Assembly: GCA_002104905.1 (NCBI GenBank)
Contig: MCFE01000310.1
Coordinates: forward strand, 33,725 to 97,724
Reading direction: 5' to 3'
Length of the DNA: 64,000 bases
From: Basidiobolus meristosporus CBS 931.73
Taxonomy: Eukaryota > Fungi > Basidiobolomycota
Of the stretch, positions 60,068 through 64,000 are shown in pieces; the first letter of the stretch is position 1, and each line of letters starts with the position of its first letter. The notes beneath the pieces were generated by a model, which saw only the letters and a program-made list of their open reading frames with translations, was not told the origin of the DNA and did not search any database. The translations under genes and the position numbers were made by a program.

Positions 60068-61144
60068 ACAATTCTGGATGCAGGATCACTGATCAAAATG
60101 GTGCACATATTGCTTTGGGTATCAGAGATCAGAATCTATACAGGTTGACTTATATTACATCATATTTGGAAGCCAATACAAGTAACTTGAATGAAGATAC
60201 ACCAGTGCTTTGGCACAGAAGACTTGGCCACATCAATTTTGATTATTTGTGCAATAATGATCAAAGATCAGCTAATTTCTGGAGTAAAAATTGCTCCCCC
60301 AGCTAATTTGGAGCACTGTGAAGCCTGCATATATGGGAAACAAGCCAGACAACCATTCAAGAGCTCTGGGTTAATCAAAACTAAGAAAAAATTAGATCTA
60401 AGTCTGAGTTTAAAGCCATGGTGGAGAGAGAAACTGGTGAAGAAATAAAGAAAATACACTCTGACAATGGTGGATAATATACCTCAAGACTTTTCATCGA
60501 CTTCTGCAAAGTTCTAGGGTAGTGCAAGAGACTACTGTACCATACTCTTCACAGAAAAATGGAGTAGCAGAATGTGCAAACAGATCAATAATTGATATGG
60601 CAAGATCTATGATCCCTGATCCAAACTTATCCTAAGATTTTTGGGTGGAATCAGTTGCTACAGCTGTATACCTTAAAAATAGGAGTTATAAAAGAATACC
60701 TTGTGATTCTACTCCATTTGAAGCATGGTATGGATGCAGACTAAGTGCAGAACATCTAAGAACATTTGAGTGTACAGCATATGCCAACAAAATGCCTGGA
60801 AATTAGTCAAAATTTGAGCCAAAAAGTGTAAAATTCAAATTCTTGGACTACTGCAATGTGAGTAAGGCATACAGACTCTAAAATACCAAAGCAAAGAAGC
60901 TAATCAAGGCCAGGGATTTGTTGTTTGATAAAAATTCAAAATTTTCACAAAAAATGACATCAGATGATGACAAAAATCTGATCTCCAGTCCATCAATTGT
61001 CAGGATTGAATCAGAGCAAAACAATGAAGATTTTTTCATTCCAGAGGACTCTACAACCATGTTTCAGCCTGAATTGGTGCCCAGAAATATCCCAGAAGTT
61101 AGCATTCCAGTATTAAATGCCTGGAGATCCAATCAGACAATAAA

Positions 61145-61667
61145 TGTTATGAATAGACACAAGGCAGGAGGAAAAGCTAGGCACGGCAGGAAAGGACTTA
61201 GGTGTGGACCATCAAGGCAAGGCAGGATTCAAGGCAAGGCTGTTTATTCAAGACCTGTGTTTATCAGACTGAGGAATACTTAAGGGGGGATAGGACTATA
61301 TATACTTTTTGGCTATATTGATGCCAAGAGATGTTAGCTAATACTAATGGGGTTGTGGGGTGAGGCACAGCAATGGTGCTGGGGATAATGACATAGATGA
61401 CACGGTACTGAGACAGGATGGGGGAAATGGATTGGGTCACCTGATCATGTGACTAAGTCATGTGACCTGGTATTTCCATATATGGTACTGGACTATAAAA
61501 AATACGATGGAAAGCTTCCATGGAATGTTCCATTGTGTAACAATGGTTTGGAATGGTCAGGAACTTTTCTGGAAGGTGGTAGAAGGTTCCGGAAGGAATC
61601 TCTTAGAAATTGAGCTGGGAAGCTGAAACCTGGCATGGGTGTTCATGGTTGTCATGTGATCATGACA
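61145..61667 (-). mobile_element. 3' LTR of the Gypsy chromovirus (523 bp)
   Basis: Minus strand TGTCATGA...TCATAACA, directly after PPT GAAGAGGAGAATAG that includes the pol stop codon. Confidence 0.82.
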
Positions 61668-64000
61668 CTATTCTCCTCTTCCGGGCGGAGCTCTGTTTCC
61701 CTTTGGGGCAGGCTTTGCAGGATATTGTTGGTGGAACTGGGTAACTAGTTCTTGACAATTAGTGAGATGTGTAGCTGGTTCCCATGTTTGGTCACTTGGG
61801 CCATAACCAATCCAGTCTACTAAGTAGTACAGCTTTGACCGGATATACTTGGAGTCTAGAATCTGTTTAACTTCAAATTCTTGATGTTGGTCAACCTGGA
61901 TAGCTTGGGGCTTTGCTTCTTGCCGGTTTGGCAATGTGTTCCTACAATACGGCTCCAGGAGGGACACATGGAAAGTATCATGGATTTTCATACTTGCTGG
62001 TAACTGTAGCTGATATACTATAGGGCTAAGCTTCTTCTTGATCTTGAAGGGACCAAGTTTCTTGAAATCCAACTTGTCACAAGGGCGGTTGGTGCTGATG
62101 TTTCTTCTGAGCAACCATACAGAATCTCCTTCATTAAGATCAGGGCTGGGATGCCGTTTTAGATTGGCAAATTTCTTGTAGCTTTCCTGAGCTAAGGATA
62201 GCTCTTCCTTGAGGGTGTTCTGGATGTCCTGGATTGCTTGGGCATGTTCAGCCGCATGTGGGCTCATTGGGTTTGTTGGAATCTGGATATCAAACTGAGG
62301 GTGGAATCCATAGTTTGCATAGAATGGTGTAAAACCGGTTGCACTATGACTTGAGTTGTTGTAGGCAAACTCAGCAACAGGGAGTAGATCAACCCAATTG
62401 TCTTGCTGGTAATTGATATAGCACCGGAGGTATTGCTCCAGAATCTGGTTGATTCTTTCAGTCTGGCCATCAGACTGTGGATGGAAGGCAGTAGAGAGCT
62501 TGACTTGAACACCAAGGTATTGCATGAAGTGTTTCCAAAACTTGGACACAAACTGTGGGCCTCTATCTGACACAATATCACTGGGGATACCATGAAGGCG
62601 GAAAATATTCTTCAGGACTAAAGCAGCAGTTTCTTTTGCATCAGTGTTCTTACAGCAAGGGATGAAGTGAGCCATCTTGGTCAGCCGGTCAGCCACTACA
62701 AGTATAGCATTGAAGCCACATGACTCAGGGAGGTCAGTAATGAAGTCCATAGATATAGATCTCCATTGGTGTTCTGGGATAGGCAGGGGTTGAAGAAGTC
62801 CATAGGGCTGGTGTCTGGCTGGTTTTGCACGGTTGCAAATATCACAAGTCAGAATGTACTCTTTGATAAGAGTTATCATTCTAGGCCACCAGAAATCTCT
62901 TTTGATAGCATTCAGGGTTTTGGCAGTACCAAAGTGGCCTGCAGCCATTGAATCATGCCGAGACTTAATGATGTCTAGCTGGGTGGCAAGGTCTGGGACA
63001 TAAAGCTGCTGCTTGTGGTAGATGAGGTTGTTTACCAAATGCAGGTTCTGGATGTTTGGGAACTTGGGAGGGGGCCCAACTGGGGATTCCAGATATTTCT
63101 TGATGGTGCTGGAAGTCATATCAGAGGCTTGGGATTCTGATATCCTTACTAGGAATGAAGGGATGACAAGACTTGAGGACTGGGTGGCAAGAATCTCAAA
63201 ATGTTTCTTGCTCAGCAATGGGTGTTCCATTTGCCGACAGGCATCATCTCCCTCTTCCAGGGCATATTCCTTTTTTCTGGACAGGGCATCAGGCTTTCCT
63301 TGCTTTGCACCAGGTCTATAGGTGATAGTAAAGTCAAAGCTAGACAGGAAGAGTGACCATCTGGCTTGTCTCCGGTTTAGTACTTTGGAAGTTGTAAAGT
63401 ACTCAAGGTTCTTATGGTCACAGAAGACTTTGATTTTGTGTTTTGCACCGTCCAGGTAGTGTCTCCATTGCTCAAAGGCTACAATGATGGCAAGCAACTC
63501 CTTATCATAGATATCATAGTTGATCTCTGCAGGGGAAAACTTCCGAGAGTAGAATGCAATGGGGTGCAACACATTGTCCTCATCATACTGGGAGAGTATG
63601 GCACCAAGGGCAAAATCAGAAGCATCAGTCTCCACTATGAATTGCTTCTCAAGGTCAGGGTGGGCAAGCAGGGGGGCCTTCAGGAAAGATTTCTTGAGTT
63701 GGTTGAATGAGCTGGATTGCTCCTCATTCCAGGCAAAAGGTGTGTTCTTCTGGGTAAGCTTTGTCAGAGGGGTGACTATCTTGGAGTAGTTGGCTATGAA
63801 CCTGCGATAGAAGTTGGCAAATCCCAGGAAGGATTGTACTTCCTTGACTGAGCTTGGAGTTTTCCAGGATTGGACTGAGTCAACTTTCTTTGGGTCCATT
63901 CTTGTTCCCTCAGGGCTGATGAGATAACCAAGAAATTCCACTTCTCTCTGGTCAAATTCACACTTCTCTAGCTTGGCATAGAGACCGGCAGAGTCTAGTT
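61668..64000 (-). mobile_element. Ty3/Gypsy chromovirus pol (RT end, RNase H, integrase, chromodomain); open and running off the window end
   Basis: KCEF..EVEFLGY, VETDASDFALGAIL, NYDIYDKELLAI, H-H-C-C zinc finger, SMDFITDLP, SDRGPQF, HPQSDGQTER, FEVKQILDS..YYLVDWIGYGPSDQTWEP. No stop codons in >750 codons. Confidence 0.97.

Larger units (their letters stand above)
57912..61144 (+). mobile_element. Copia copy D: 5' LTR (57912-58259), PBS, degenerate gag-protease-integrase, interrupted by a solo LTR and a Gypsy element
   Basis: LTR TGTTGTAAAG...TTATAACA. PBS GGTTATGAGTCCTG. Gag LDGCNYQVW, knuckle CNYCKRKGRTSDRC, protease YIDSGAS, VLYVPEIAKNLLSVSK, WHRRLGH, CEACIYGKQ, IHSDNGG, KNGVAE. Multiple stops. 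Confidence 0.92.

Noticed and set aside
55519-61144. Classical RIP as the cause of TE decay
   Set aside because: The stop codons arise from mixed substitution types, and the clearest bias is CpG loss rather than CpA->TpA.

Overview
Eukaryotic, intron-rich fungal DNA. Short 50-110 nt GT-AG introns, HDEL-ending Lhs1, Pex7, Cpa1 with its uORF, and retained INTS4/Cactin/NTAQ1/DNAJC11 point to an early-diverging fungus (Basidiobolus-like is a guess). Bases ~600-53,800 hold about 26 tightly packed genes, several head-to-head: SKP1-like, NTAQ1, WD40, HExxH metalloprotease-like, TIM23, DPB4, FlbC-like C2H2, DNAJC11, INTS4, TMEM14, dUTPase, HAP5, Pcl-type cyclin, DPP5, EFR3, IMP3, OPA3, Cys-rich secreted protein, PAS-PAS protein, small secreted peptide, PAP2 phosphatase, ZNG1/CobW, an uncharacterised STGSYGW-motif protein, PEX7, Cactin, CPA1, LHS1 and a forkhead factor. 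From ~55,500 to the end is a CpG-depleted nest of LTR retrotransposons: several Copia copies inside one another, a solo LTR, and a chromovirus with an intact pol. Best non-obvious signals: (1) a spliced arginine-attenuator-peptide uORF upstream of CPA1 that the ORF track cannot see; (2) a 36-bp repeat across the DPB4 stop codon whose divergence is largely synonymous in an alternative frame, implying a hidden His/Pro-rich peptide; (3) an Integrator subunit 4 gene; (4) single-base frameshifts in four otherwise intact genes. All gene models were assembled by eye; exon boundaries and family calls are unverified by database search.
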